64,000 nt of DNA from Phormidesmis sp. (lineage in GTDB: Bacteria; Cyanobacteriota; Cyanobacteriia; Leptolyngbyales; Leptolyngbyaceae). Position numbers and translations under genes: made by a program. This document shows, piece by piece, positions 48,962-61,078 of the stretch. Within the stretch, counting starts at the first letter, position 1. Every line of letters begins with the position of its first letter. The stretch lies in NCBI GenBank assembly GCA_965248535.1, contig CBDFJR010000002.1, forward strand, positions 576,001 through 640,000, given 5' to 3'. The notes beneath the pieces are model-generated. The model worked only from the letters and a program-made list of their open reading frames with translations. It did no database searches and was not told the DNA's origin.

Positions 48962-50371
48962 ATGACTGCTATCAAAAAAACCGCAATCAGATCCACTCAA
49001 AAACTAACGACTCCTCAAAAAATTAGAATTGGTGTAGGAATCACTTGGGGACTAGGATTACTATCACTAATTACTACGATTTCAGGAGTGCAACAGCAGC
49101 GTGACGCGATCAAAACGGTGGGCAAAGACACAACGCCTAGCATTATCACAGCCCAACGCTTAAAAGATGGGCTATCGGGAATGGATGCCTTCGCAGCTAG
49201 TGAATTTTTAGTGCCGTCTAGCAACACCCAAAATTCATTTCTAGACCCCATTGGGAAAGATCAAAATGGAGCCATTATTCAAGGCTATAACGAGCGCTAT
49301 AAATCGGTTGCCGAACGATTAGTTATGGCAGCCAATAACCTTACCTATGAGGAAGAGCGAGAACCGATCCAAACCATGCAGCTTGGGATTGGGGAGTATG
49401 TGGCTAAGATTCAGCAGGCGCGAGACGCACACATTCGCCGCGACCAAACTGGAATGTTGACCGCTTATTTGGCGGCGGCTGAAGTTATGGACAATACTCT
49501 TTTGCCTGCTGCCGATCGCTTAGACCAGGCAAACGTTAAAGTTCTCGATCACACCTATGATGAGCAAAAATTTGCCTTTGCCCGATCGCTGTTTTTGATC
49601 ACAATCATCACCCTAGGGCTAACCGGATTCTTAGTCCTGTTTCAGCTATTTCTCAGCCGCCGCACTCGGCGCACGCTGAATCCTTTTTTGCTGTCAGCTA
49701 CGGCGATCGCGCTGGTGTTTTTAGCCCACACGATCGGGTCATTGCTGTCTGCTTCCCATCATCTCAAAGTCGCTAAAGTAGATGCCTTTGACTCAATGCA
49801 CTCTCTGCGTCAGGCTCGTGCGCTTGCTTATGGGGCCAATGCTGACGAGAGCCGCTATTTGCTAGATGCTAAAAATGCCGCCACTCACGAGCGAGCCTTC
49901 TTTAACAAGATGAACCAAATTGCCGCCCCTCCCAACGGTCAGACGCTTGAGCAAATCACGCTTCTCGCTCAACAGCAAACCAAACTCGTCGGGTTAACTG
50001 GGTTTTTGGGAGAAGAGTTAAGCAACATCACATTTCCGGGCGAACGAACGGCCGTGATCGATACCCTGTCTGCGCTCTCTAACTATCTAAAGATCGATCA
50101 ACAAATTCGCCAACTTCAGCAAAGCGGAAAATATCGAGAGGCGATCGCGCTCTGCACAGGCAACAATCCCGGTGAGTCTGATTGGGCCTTTGAGCAATTT
50201 AAAACAGCCAATTCAAAAACCTATGATGTGAACAGTAAAGCCTTTGACGCTGCCATCGGTCAGGGCAATCAAGATCTGGAGGGATTTGAAACCAAAACCA
50301 CGATCGCCCTCGCCGCGATCGCCCTACTCACTCTGCTAGGGACAATGCCTCGCCTTAAAGAATATTCTTAA
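48962..50371 (+). CDS. GlnX-like membrane protein (about four TM helices, two helical sensor-type domains)
   Basis: TM / helical domain / TM-TM / helical domain / TM; motifs MDAFAASEFL and ANADESRYL; terminal PRLKEY. Confidence 0.65.
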   Translation: MTAIKKTAIRSTQKLTTPQKIRIGVGITWGLGLLSLITTISGVQQQRDAIKTVGKDTTPSIITAQRLKDGLSGMDAFAASEFLVPSSNTQNSFLDPIGKDQNGAIIQGYNERYKSVAERLVMAANNLTYEEEREPIQTMQLGIGEYVAKIQQARDAHIRRDQTGMLTAYLAAAEVMDNTLLPAADRLDQANVKVLDHTYDEQKFAFARSLFLITIITLGLTGFLVLFQLFLSRRTRRTLNPFLLSATAIALVFLAHTIGSLLSASHHLKVAKVDAFDSMHSLRQARALAYGANADESRYLLDAKNAATHERAFFNKMNQIAAPPNGQTLEQITLLAQQQTKLVGLTGFLGEELSNITFPGERTAVIDTLSALSNYLKIDQQIRQLQQSGKYREAIALCTGNNPGESDWAFEQFKTANSKTYDVNSKAFDAAIGQGNQDLEGFETKTTIALAAIALLTLLGTMPRLKEYS

Positions 50372-50384
50372 TGGAGGGCGATCG

Positions 50385-50759
50385 CTAAACCCAACGACCC
50401 ACAACCACCCGCACCGTTCCATCGCTCAAAACGTCCTCTTCTTCAACGTTAAACCCCTGTGCTTGAGCGGTTTCCATTAGAGTTTTGTGAGCATATTTTT
50501 GGCTGATAGAATTCAGAAAGTCCTGCTGGTTAATCTTTGCGCCCCAAAAATCAGCAATCAACTCGTAAGTTTCACCACTGCGCCGAAACCCCAAATCATA
50601 GCCCGTTGACTGCCGAATCACATAGTCAGCTTGAGTGGTGTTGCCTTGATAGCCGCGCACTGGACGATCGCACTCGACTTTATAGCCCAACTCGCTCAAG
50701 ACTTGGTGCAGCCTGTCGCCATTTTTGATCTGAACTTTAACGGTCGTGAAGTGAGACAT
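50385..50759 (-). CDS. DUF1257 (Ycf35-like) protein
   Basis: MSHFTTVK, YDLGF, LIADFW and QKYA. Confidence 0.88.
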   Translation of the reverse strand: MSHFTTVKVQIKNGDRLHQVLSELGYKVECDRPVRGYQGNTTQADYVIRQSTGYDLGFRRSGETYELIADFWGAKINQQDFLNSISQKYAHKTLMETAQAQGFNVEEEDVLSDGTVRVVVGRWV

Positions 50760-50839
50760 TCATTCACCTTTCAGTTGAGCGCTCTTTTCCGATTGTAGTG
50801 CAGACTCAGACCCAGACCTTTCCCTGGGAATCGGTCAAT

Positions 50840-50869
50840 TCTACCCAAGGCTTAACATAGAGTTCATCT
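50840..50869 (+). promoter_or_regulatory. Possible cyanobacterial Pho box (SphR site)
   Basis: TCTACCCA-3nt-CTTAACAT-3nt-GTTCATCT with 11-bp period upstream of the GDPD gene. Confidence 0.4.
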
Positions 50870-50908
50870 TTATTGGGTAGTCTGAAAACACAATGGAGGA
50901 GGAGTCCT

Positions 50909-51901
50909 ATGGTCATTCAGATCGAGCCAGCATTCGTTGATCGCAGTGAACTGATTAAGCCAACTGATAGACCCGATCGTGGGTTTGAAGCGATCGGGCA
51001 TCGAGGCGCACGGGGGCTATTGCCCGAAAACACCTTGCCTGCCTTTAGTTTAGCGTTGAGCTTAGGAGTCGATTCGCTAGAGCTTGATGTGGGCATGACC
51101 GCCGATGGAGTGCTTGTGGTTAGTCACGATTCAGAGATTTCGCCCGTGCTTTGTCTGCATCCCAATGGCAAGCCTGTGCGCCGCTATCCTCGGCTGTTGA
51201 TTCGCAAACTGACCTTTGCTGAGGTGCAGCGTTTTGACTGTGGCTCACTCAACCCCGATCGGGCGAAGTTCCCGCACCAGCAGCTTTTGCCCGGCGAAAA
51301 AATGCCCTCGCTGGCGCAAGTCTTTGAGCATCAGATGCAGCATTTTCCAACCTCTCAGGTGCGATACACGATCGAGTGCAAGGTTAGCCCGCTACGATCG
51401 CGAGACACTTTTAGCCCCGATATTTTTGCTCGGCGAGTGGTCGATTTGGTGCGCGATTATCAGATCTTCGATCGCGTCACCATTCAGTCGTTTGATTGGC
51501 GCGTTTTGCTGGCTGTTAAGAAAATAGATTCTCAGATTCAAACGGCTGCGCTGGTCAGACAAAAGCGCGGCAAACCGGGCACGTTGCTGTCTCAAGCAGG
51601 CATTGCTTCCCCATTTTTGGCCGGGCTGGACTTTAGACGCTATCGCGGCAACCTGGCAGACTTGCTCAAAAATGCAGAGTTTATCGATCGCTACTCGCCC
51701 AATTTTGAAACCCTGCTGCCACAGTCAAAAGATTTCATCCAGTCAATTCAAGAGATCCAGGAAGCGGGCTTTCCGGTAATTCCGTGGACAGTAAACGACG
51801 CAGAGACGATGGAGCAACTGATCGATCTCGGCGTAAATGGTTTGATTACCGACTTTCCTGACGTGTTGCTTAAACTTCTGCAACAAAGAGGTCTGCGTTA
51901 A
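50909..51901 (+). CDS. Glycerophosphodiester phosphodiesterase
   Basis: GHRGARG, PENT, LELDV, VSHD, QSFD, WTVND and ITDFP. Confidence 0.93.
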   Translation: MVIQIEPAFVDRSELIKPTDRPDRGFEAIGHRGARGLLPENTLPAFSLALSLGVDSLELDVGMTADGVLVVSHDSEISPVLCLHPNGKPVRRYPRLLIRKLTFAEVQRFDCGSLNPDRAKFPHQQLLPGEKMPSLAQVFEHQMQHFPTSQVRYTIECKVSPLRSRDTFSPDIFARRVVDLVRDYQIFDRVTIQSFDWRVLLAVKKIDSQIQTAALVRQKRGKPGTLLSQAGIASPFLAGLDFRRYRGNLADLLKNAEFIDRYSPNFETLLPQSKDFIQSIQEIQEAGFPVIPWTVNDAETMEQLIDLGVNGLITDFPDVLLKLLQQRGLR

Positions 51902-52083
51902 GAGGAAATCAACGAACCGCTTCACAGCGATCGCCCGTCCGGGAACGCCCTTCCAGTCAGGGTTCCGGGCTTCAGTTCCCAAAATCACTCACCAGACCAA
52001 CGCTGCGCTAGACCAAAAACCACCTGCGCGACCAAACCTATCCTTAAGAAATGTTGACATTTTGTAACTAAACCTTTACATTG

Positions 52084-52101
52084 TTTACATAAGGTTACAA
52101 A
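52084..52101 (+). promoter_or_regulatory. HLR1 element (RpaB site) in the hli promoter
   Basis: TTTACATA-AG-GTTACAAA matches (G/T)TTACA(T/A)(T/A)-N2 repeat. Confidence 0.75.
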
Positions 52102-52123
52102 ATTCAGTTGTCAAAGGAACGCG

Positions 52124-52339
52124 ATGAGAAACGGCAGTGTCATTGAGAGCGACGGCAAAATTAATATGTTCGCGATCGAGCCGCCAATGATCGTCGAAGA
52201 GTCGAAAGTGGGTTTTACACCCGATGCAGAACTGCTCAACGGGCGTTTAGCCATGATTGGGTTTGTCTCGCTGTTAGCGCTAGAAGGAATCACAGGCCAC
52301 AGCTTGGTCTATTGGGTGACTACCCTGCTCAACCTCTAA
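52124..52339 (+). CDS. High-light-inducible protein (HLIP/SCP)
   Basis: GFTPDAELLNGRLAMIGF chlorophyll-binding motif. Confidence 0.93.
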   Translation: MRNGSVIESDGKINMFAIEPPMIVEESKVGFTPDAELLNGRLAMIGFVSLLALEGITGHSLVYWVTTLLNL

Positions 52340-52375
52340 AACGCAACGGCTATAAATATTGAACACTCTCTTCTC

Positions 52376-52409
52376 ATTAGCTCTGATATGGCATCAGGGC
52401 TAATTTTTT
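52376..52409 (+). terminator. Intrinsic terminator between hli and clpB
   Basis: ATTAGCTCTGAT/ATCAGGGCTAAT stem followed by a T-run. Confidence 0.7.
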
Positions 52410-52410
52410 G

Positions 52411-55066
52411 TTATGAATCGGTGGGCACCTGCGGGACAGCAACAACTTTTTTGTCAAATGCCAGTTTGTCATCTACCAAATCGACCAGAATGGTGTCGCC
52501 ATCGACAAAAGTGTTTTCGAGCAGCTTGGTGGCGATCGGGTTCTGCAATTCTCGCTGAATCGCCCGCTTTAACGGACGAGCACCATACACCGGGTCATAG
52601 CCCAAATCAGCAATATAGTTTCGAGCCGCGTCGCTGAGTTGGATCTGGATTTTTTTGTCAGCCAACATCCCTTGAATGCGCTTTAGTTGCAGCACGACGA
52701 TTTCGCCCAACTCAGCCCGACTGAGGGGATGGAAGAGAATCGTGTCATCAATCCGGTTGAGAAACTCCGGCCGAAAATGTTTTTGTAGAGCAATCATCAC
52801 TCGCCGCTGCATCTCATCATATTTAGAGTCATCGCCCGCAACATCCAAGAATGTGTTCGCTGCCAATATTGCTGGTCATCACAATCACGGTGTTGCTGAA
52901 GTCGATCGTTCTGCCTTGAGAATCGGTAATGCGCCCATCGTCTAACACTTGCAGCAAAATGTTAAACACATCGGGGTGAGCTTTTTCGACTTCATCCATC
53001 AACACGACAGAGTAGGGTTTGCGCCGCACCGCTTCCGCCATTTGTCCGCCTTCTTCATAGCCGACATAGCCCGGCGGTGCCCCAATCACCCGCATCACCG
53101 AGCTTTTGTCCATATATTCCGACATATCCATCCGCACCATTGCGTCATCGGCATCAAACAAAAATTGCGCTAATGCTTTGGCAAGCTCGGTTTTTCCGAC
53201 TCCTGTTGGCCCCATGAATAGGAACGACCCGATCGGGCGACCGGGATCTTTCATGCCCGATCGGGCCCGACGAATGGCCGCCGACACCGCCTCGACCGCA
53301 TCTTGTTGCCCAATCACTCGCTGATGCAAATGGTGTTCTAACGTCAAGAGTTTTTGCCGCTCTGACTCCAGCAAGCGATTCACCGGAATGCCCGTCCATT
53401 TGGCGACAATCTCGGCAATATCAGCCTCAGAAACTTGCTCTCTGAGCAGCGTTGAGCCATTGGTCTGCATTTCGAGCAGTTGCGCTTCTTGGGTTTCTAA
53501 ACTGCGCTGCACCGTGCTGAGGCGATCGTATTTCAGCTTGGCGGCCGTGTTGAGATCATAGGCCCGTTCGGCTTGATCGATTTGTACCTTGAGGTGTTCT
53601 TCTTCTTCTTTGAGGTGGTTAATTTCTTCTAGAATCTGCTTTTCATTTTCCCATTGAGAACTCAGCCCTTGCTGCTTTTTCCCCAACTCTTCGATCTCTT
53701 GCTGAATGCGCTCTAACCGATCTTTTGAAGGCCGAAACGCTGCCCCTGTCGTGGCTGTTTTGCCTTCTCCTTCGAGAGAAAGCTTCTCCATTTCTAGCTG
53801 TCTCAAGCGCCGCTCGGTCGTCTCTAACTCGACGGGTTTTGAGGTGATCTCCATCTTGAGTTTGGCGGCGGCTTCGTCTACGAGATCGATCGCTTTGTCG
53901 GGCAAGAAGCGATCGGCGATGTAGCGGCTCGACAGCGTTGCCGCAGCAACCAAGGCAGAATCGGTAATTTTCACCGCGTGGTGAACTTCGTAGCGATTTT
54001 TTAGCCCCCGCAAGATCGAGATGGTGTCCTCAACCGACGGCTGCTCAACGAGAACTTGCTGAAATCGCCGTTCTAACGCGGCATCTTTTTCGATATATTT
54101 ACGATATTCATCTAGCGTGGTTGCGCCAATGCAGCGCAGTTCGCCCCGGGCCAGCATCGGCTTCAGCAGGTTGCCTGCATCCATGTTGCCTTGAGTGGCT
54201 CCGGCTCCAACCACGGTGTGAAGCTCGTCGATAAAAAGCACGACTTGCCCATCGGAGTTGATCACTTCTTTAAGCACAGCGCGGAGACGGTCTTCAAATT
54301 CGCCGCGATATTTTGCGCCAGCGATTAAAGAACCCATGTCTAGCGAGATCAAGACGCGATTTTTTAAAGATTCCGGCACGTCGCCGTTGACGATGCGTTG
54401 GGCTAGGCCTTCAGCGATCGCCGTTTTGCCCACGCCCGGTTCACCGATGAGAACCGGATTATTCTTCGTCCGGCGAGACAACACTTGAATCACCCGCCGA
54501 ATTTCTTCATCTCGCCCGATCACGGGATCAATCTTTCCGGCTTTGGCCTTTTCGGTCAGATCTTGTCCAAATTTTTCGAGCGCAGAATAGCGGGATTCAG
54601 GACTTTGGTCGGTGACTTTTTGGCTGCCCCGCACTTCTTTGATCGCCGTTTCTAATTTGGCGGTGTCGAGATTAAACCCGCGAAACAGCTTCATTCCCAA
54701 GCGGGGATCGTTGGCAAACCCGATTAAAAAATGCTCGATCGAGATAAAGTCATCTTGCCAATTGTTGCGCGCTAGCTCCGAGCGATCGAGCAACGTGTCT
54801 AAATAGCGACCCAAATAAAGCTGCTCAGTGTTGCCGACTTTGGGCTGTCGCTTGGCATAGTCATCGACCTGCTGACCCAACTGCTGCACATCGACCCCGG
54901 CTTTAGTAAGAATCTTATTAGCCAGCCCATCTTTTTGCTCAATGACGCTGGTGAGCAGGTGCTCAACTTCTAAATTTTGGTGTTTATAGCGCCGAACCAC
55001 ATCCTGCGCTTGGACGATCGCCTCCCATGCTTTGTCAGTAAATTTGCTTGGGTCAGTGGGTTGCAT
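52411..55066 (-). CDS. clpB: ATP-dependent chaperone ClpB, split by a one-base insertion at about 52846 (likely sequencing error)
   Basis: GEPGVGKT and GPTGVGKT Walker A motifs, coiled-coil M-domain; removing one base joins SNIGSEHIL to DVAGDD...[10 protein letters not shown]. Confidence 0.93.
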
Positions 55067-55153
55067 GTTCTCCAGTCGGTCTTTCTAAATCGGCTTCTCT
55101 AAATCTCATTGTAGCCTTTAGTGATGGGCGGTTTGCTGTTAGTGGCAAGCTTT

Positions 55154-56791
55154 CTAAAACTCAAACCCAAACCGAATCAACCACTGCCAAATCATCGGGC
55201 TGGCTCGATTATTGGGGTTAGAAACGATCAGAAATCCGGGGCTGATGTTGAAGTGATCATTCAACGCTAACCCAAAATAGCCTTCTAGATTGGTTTGGGT
55301 CGCGTTGCCGAGCTTATGTTCAACAAACGGTTGACCGAGGGCGATCCCGGCTCTAGACCCTGGGATCAAGAAATTTCGCACCGCAAACCCCAAGGCCCAG
55401 CTTTTAGGATTGAGGTCTAAATCTCTTCCTAGCGCGGTGTTGAAGCCAGTGTAGTTGCCGATTCCTAGTCGTCCAAACACCCCAAATGGCCGTTTGATTG
55501 TCCATTCTGCATTGATGCCGCCTGCGTTAATCGTGCTGCCGTTAATTTCTGCGTGAGTATATTGCAATCGCACGGTGATCGGCTGTTGAGGAAGGCTATA
55601 TTCAACCTCTAAGGTGCCCTGGTAGCGATCGCCAAACAGTCCGCCTCCGTTAGGAGTTTTAGCAGGATTGTTGGCATCGGCAGCCGCATAAAATCCGCGC
55701 AAAATCAAGCGATCGCGAACCGTCCATGCCACAGCAGCCCCGGCTCCCCCAAAGCGATCGAGTTCGTTTTGCACGATTAAAGGATTGTTGGCAAAAAAGC
55801 TAGACGTGAAATTATCACCCGCTTGATTGGCAAACGTGTTGCGATCGACAAAATCACTGGGGGGCAGCTTAGACCCAACGGCGACTTCCAGATTTGAAGA
55901 CGGCTGAAACAGGTAGTAGAGCTTTCTCAACCGCACCTCAGGCGGAACGCCCACATAATCTAAGCCACCGCCATCGGCCAAAACACCCGTCGTGCCCAAC
56001 AGATTTTGTCGTTGATTTTGAGCCGTCGAAATCGCGTCTCTGCCGTTGTTTCCGGCTTCTAGCTGGCTGACTAAGCGATCGCGGCCGTTAAAGCTCGTGA
56101 TCAGATTCAGTCGAGTCCGCGAGTCTAGACTGAGCCTGTCTCTAGAACCGTTTGTGACGGCAAAAATTGTTTGCCCATTGAGCTTAGTGGTGGTCGAAAA
56201 TTGGCGATCGTCTAACTGAAGACTGCGGCTCGTGATGGTGTTGAGGCGCGATCGTAGGTCACTCAGCGCATTACCATAGGCTACATTTAGCCGCCGAATT
56301 GTCAACACATCTTGTTGCGCCGTGCCGCCGATGTCTCCGGCCAGCAGTTGCTCTTCGACTTTGCCCAGCACTGCACTTAGAGTCACGCTAAACTCATCGC
56401 GGGTCAGCGATCGGTTGCCGCGAAAGGTGCCATCTGGATAGCCGACAATCACGCCATAGCGCTCAACCAGAGATTGCAGCGCCTGAAAAGCCCAATCACC
56501 CGGCTTGAGATCGGATAGCTGCGAAACCGATGTGACTTGCGCCATCGAGTCTTCAGGACTCGACAGATCGAGATCTTGACTCCACTCAGGCGCATTGAGA
56601 GATTGGGGAGGCGCGATCGCCGCCGTCTCTTGAGCATCAAACCTCTGGGAATCTCGCACCCCAGAAATCACCGGAAGAGCGCTAGGGGGAGATAGTGAGT
56701 TGGTCTCATTTGCCCACCCAGACCGGGGTGCCAAAATGCTAAGGCTCCCTAAACTGACCGCCAACCATTTAGACTTCTTCACCGATCTCAC
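55154..56791 (-). CDS. Cyanobacterial SLH-domain outer-membrane porin (OprB/iron-uptake porin type)
   Basis: QVTSVSQLSD...WAFQALQSLVERYG...YPDGTFRGNR; FSTTTKLNG; terminal Phe. Confidence 0.9.
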   Translation of the reverse strand: MRSVKKSKWLAVSLGSLSILAPRSGWANETNSLSPPSALPVISGVRDSQRFDAQETAAIAPPQSLNAPEWSQDLDLSSPEDSMAQVTSVSQLSDLKPGDWAFQALQSLVERYGVIVGYPDGTFRGNRSLTRDEFSVTLSAVLGKVEEQLLAGDIGGTAQQDVLTIRRLNVAYGNALSDLRSRLNTITSRSLQLDDRQFSTTTKLNGQTIFAVTNGSRDRLSLDSRTRLNLITSFNGRDRLVSQLEAGNNGRDAISTAQNQRQNLLGTTGVLADGGGLDYVGVPPEVRLRKLYYLFQPSSNLEVAVGSKLPPSDFVDRNTFANQAGDNFTSSFFANNPLIVQNELDRFGGAGAAVAWTVRDRLILRGFYAAADANNPAKTPNGGGLFGDRYQGTLEVEYSLPQQPITVRLQYTHAEINGSTINAGGINAEWTIKRPFGVFGRLGIGNYTGFNTALGRDLDLNPKSWALGFAVRNFLIPGSRAGIALGQPFVEHKLGNATQTNLEGYFGLALNDHFNISPGFLIVSNPNNRASPMIWQWLIRFGFEF

Positions 56792-56879
56792 TCCTCAAAG
56801 AGGGCTGTTGGCCCGATCGGGCATCACAATCGCCCGCCATTCTCACCATCAGGAGTATAAACGCTCGTTGAGATCGGGA

Positions 56880-56917
56880 AAAAGAAAAGGGAGAAAGGGA
56901 CGCTCCTTCTTCCCTTT
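56880..56917 (-). terminator. Intrinsic terminator after gloA
   Basis: Minus strand AAAGGGAAGAAGGA-GCG-TCCCTTTCTCCCTTT followed by a T-rich tail. Confidence 0.65.
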
Positions 56918-56926
56918 CTAGAGTTT

Positions 56927-57355
56927 CTAAACCGAGGCGGCAGAGGGAGATTTTTCGGGGGCAGCAGCGATCGTCTTTTGCTGAATCAACTCGACTTTGT
57001 AGCCATTGGGGTCTTCAACAAAGGCGATCACCGTTGACCCGTGCTTCATCGGGCCGGGTTCGCGGGTGATTTTGCCGCCGCGATCGCGGATCTCTTGGCA
57101 GGTGGCGTAAATATCATCGACCCCGATCGCAATATGCCCATAAGCGTCGCCCAAACTGTAGTCATTTTTGCCCCAGTTATAAGTCAACTCAATTACAGTA
57201 TGGTCAGACTCATCGCCATAGCCAATGAACGCCAGCGTAAACTCACCGCCCGGATAGTCTTTCTTTCGCAGCAGCGTCATCCCCAGAAGCTCGCAATAAA
57301 ACTTCAGCGATTCATCTAAATCACCGACTCTTAGCATGGTGTGCAATAGTCGCAT
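56927..57355 (-). CDS. gloA: Lactoylglutathione lyase (glyoxalase I)
   Basis: [28 protein letters not shown] and [11 protein letters not shown]. Confidence 0.95.
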   Translation of the reverse strand: MRLLHTMLRVGDLDESLKFYCELLGMTLLRKKDYPGGEFTLAFIGYGDESDHTVIELTYNWGKNDYSLGDAYGHIAIGVDDIYATCQEIRDRGGKITREPGPMKHGSTVIAFVEDPNGYKVELIQQKTIAAAPEKSPSAASV

Positions 57356-57522
57356 CGAAGTTTCTCCATTCTTTATCGAGTGTTCGCTACTATTCTGGCA
57401 AACCTCGCTCAATAATCTTGAGACACCCTAAATATCCTCCCAGAATGTCCTGTAAGGACGTATTCTAAGCGATGGGCAAATGCTGCCATTCATCCCTCCT
57501 CCCTTTTATCTGAGGTCTATAG

Positions 57523-58815
<1,293 letters not shown>

Positions 58816-58857
58816 GATCGTCAATTAAATCACTTCGACCATCGCCAAGGTGTCTCG

Positions 58858-58885
58858 CCCCCCTCTCCCAAACTGGGAGGGGGGA
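58858..58885. repeat. Short dispersed GC-rich palindromic repeat (cyanobacterial SDR-like)
   Basis: CCCCCTCTCCCA-AAC-TGGGAGGGGGG hairpin between convergent genes. Confidence 0.6.
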
Positions 58886-58963
58886 GCAAGAGTCCGGTTT
58901 GCGAGGAGGGCGAGAATCTTGGCATTCATCACCCAATCCTCAGTGTCTTCTGGAGCGATCGTG

Positions 58964-60124
58964 TCAAACAACGCAACTTAATGAGCGGACTAATTGCTCA
59001 ATGTGTTGGCGATCGTGGGTTGCCATGATCGTCATGCGAATGCGACTCGTTGGCACCGTTGGGGGACGGATTGCAGGCGCAAAAATGCCCGCATCTTTAA
59101 GGGCTTGCCCAACTTGCAGGGCGATTTCTATGTTGGGTAATTGCAGACATACGATCGCAGACTCTGACGGCAAAAGCTCTAAAGAGTGCTGTTGGATTAA
59201 TTGTTTGAATAATGCGACGTTTTGCCAGAGTTTTTCTCTACGTTGTGGCTCATGTTGCACAATCTCGATCGCTGCAATGGCGGCTGCCGTGTCTGCGGGT
59301 GATAGCCCGGTTGTATAAATCCAGCTAGCAGCACGATTGCGAAGAAATTCAATCAGCGTTGTCGAACCTGCTACATAGCCACCCAAACTGCCTAATGATT
59401 TACTTAACGTTCCCATTTGAATCAGCAATCGTCCTGTGCATCCAAAGTGTTCTACACAGCCTGCCCCCATCTTGCCCATGACTCCTGTTGCGTGGGCCTC
59501 ATCGACTAACACCATGCAGCTAAATTCATCTGCTAAATCGAGCAGTTGGGGCAGTGGACAGAGATCGCCATCCATGCTAAAAACCGTGTCAGTGAGAATT
59601 AGACAGCGTTGAAAATGAGGGCGCTGTTGCATCAGTTTGGTTCGCAAATCTTGCCCATCGCAGTGGGCATACTCTAGAGTAGTTGCACCACTGACGATCG
59701 CGCCAGTTCTCAAGCTAGAGTGATTGAATTGATCAGAGAGAATCAGGTCACGTTTGCCGACGATCGCCGATATCGTCCCCAAGTTTGCCAGATAGCCAGA
59801 GCTAAAGATGATTGCATCTTCAGTGTTCTTGAGACGTGCGATCGCGCCTTCTAACTCTCGATGCAGTTCTCGATGTCCTGTGATTAATCGCGATCCTGTG
59901 CTTCCCGTTCCATAATGTTGAGTTGCAGCAATCGCTGCTTGAATTAATCGTTCGTCCCCTGCCAATCCTAAATAATCATTGCTGGCAAAGTTGAGAAACG
60001 GTTTTCCTTCAATTTGCACGATCGCACCGGGGCGACTCTCGATCGCGGTCACCGACCGATGCCAGCCAGCCTTGTGAATCGCCGCGAGGGATTGATCAAC
60101 CCAAGCGTAAACATTCGTCATCAT
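58964..60124 (-). CDS. bioF: 8-amino-7-oxononanoate synthase
   Basis: [34 protein letters not shown] and IRPPTVP. Confidence 0.93.
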   Translation of the reverse strand: MMTNVYAWVDQSLAAIHKAGWHRSVTAIESRPGAIVQIEGKPFLNFASNDYLGLAGDERLIQAAIAATQHYGTGSTGSRLITGHRELHRELEGAIARLKNTEDAIIFSSGYLANLGTISAIVGKRDLILSDQFNHSSLRTGAIVSGATTLEYAHCDGQDLRTKLMQQRPHFQRCLILTDTVFSMDGDLCPLPQLLDLADEFSCMVLVDEAHATGVMGKMGAGCVEHFGCTGRLLIQMGTLSKSLGSLGGYVAGSTTLIEFLRNRAASWIYTTGLSPADTAAAIAAIEIVQHEPQRREKLWQNVALFKQLIQQHSLELLPSESAIVCLQLPNIEIALQVGQALKDAGIFAPAIRPPTVPTSRIRMTIMATHDRQHIEQLVRSLSCVV

Positions 60125-60339
60125 TCTTGGGGCGGCTCGTCGGGTTGAATCTCAGCACTTTTGCCGCGCACGGGTGGCAGGCGATCAACTAAACCCATGT
60201 CAAACGCCACATCGGGCAAATCTCCGGTGATGTATTTGCCGGGTTGAAAGACTCGCCCCGGCGTAAAACAGACTTGACGAAGCACCACTTCTTCACCGGG
60301 TAAAAACATACTGCGAGACAGTCTGCGTTCGATCGCCAT
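60121..60339 (-). CDS. Small hypothetical protein
   Basis: 72-aa ORF with GGAG-like RBS; ATGA overlap with bioF. Confidence 0.6.
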   Translation of the reverse strand: MAIERRLSRSMFLPGEEVVLRQVCFTPGRVFQPGKYITGDLPDVAFDMGLVDRLPPVRGKSAEIQPDEPPQE

Positions 60340-60365
60340 TGCTCATTCTCCCTGGTTTTTAGACG

Positions 60366-61046
60366 TTATAAATCAGCCGGATCGATGCCCAACTCTTGAA
60401 GCTTTCTCAAAAAGATTGCTGCTTGAGCTTCGGCTTGATCCGCTCGTTGCCGCTCTTGAATTTCAGCTTCTTCAGGAGTCGGAACTAATGCTCCTTCTAG
60501 CGTGAAAAATCTTAGCTGCTCATTGAGAACCCCTAGAAATAGCTGTAGTTCATCACTCCAGAGCCAGCCGCGATCGTTGGGTTCGATGATTTCATAGTGA
60601 CGATAGTTCAGCTTAAAGCCTGTGAATTCTAACGTGTAGGGGTGGAACCAAAAATAATCGGGAGTCCGAAATATGTCTTGATACAGTTGTTTTTTTAAGC
60701 CGCGATCTACCTGAGCCGTGCTGTCAGAGAGCACTTCAAGAATGAAATTAGGATATTTGCCATCTTCAGCCCACACGACCCAGCTTTTACGATCGCGCCG
60801 CTCAGTGTCTAACACCACAAAGAAATCAGGCCCTCTCACGTCTTCAGATTTGCGTTGGCGAATGCTGTAATAAATGCTCAGATTCCCACCCGCAAAGAAG
60901 TCAGTGCGATCGCTCCACAACCGTTCTAAGCAGGTTAACAACAGAATTAGCTGTCTAAGGTGTCGCGTAGTTTCCAAGGGTGGCTCGTCGCTCAATAACT
61001 CATCAGGCGGAAAGATAGGAGTGTCAGGTTGGGTGCTGAGAACCAT
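60366..61046 (-). CDS. Uma2-family endonuclease
   Basis: SDEPPLET, GPDFFVV, LEVLSDST and PDYFWF. Confidence 0.9.
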   Translation of the reverse strand: MVLSTQPDTPIFPPDELLSDEPPLETTRHLRQLILLLTCLERLWSDRTDFFAGGNLSIYYSIRQRKSEDVRGPDFFVVLDTERRDRKSWVVWAEDGKYPNFILEVLSDSTAQVDRGLKKQLYQDIFRTPDYFWFHPYTLEFTGFKLNYRHYEIIEPNDRGWLWSDELQLFLGVLNEQLRFFTLEGALVPTPEEAEIQERQRADQAEAQAAIFLRKLQELGIDPADL

Positions 61047-61078
61047 GTTGCTCACCAATGATCAAGCTTGCCTCTAGT

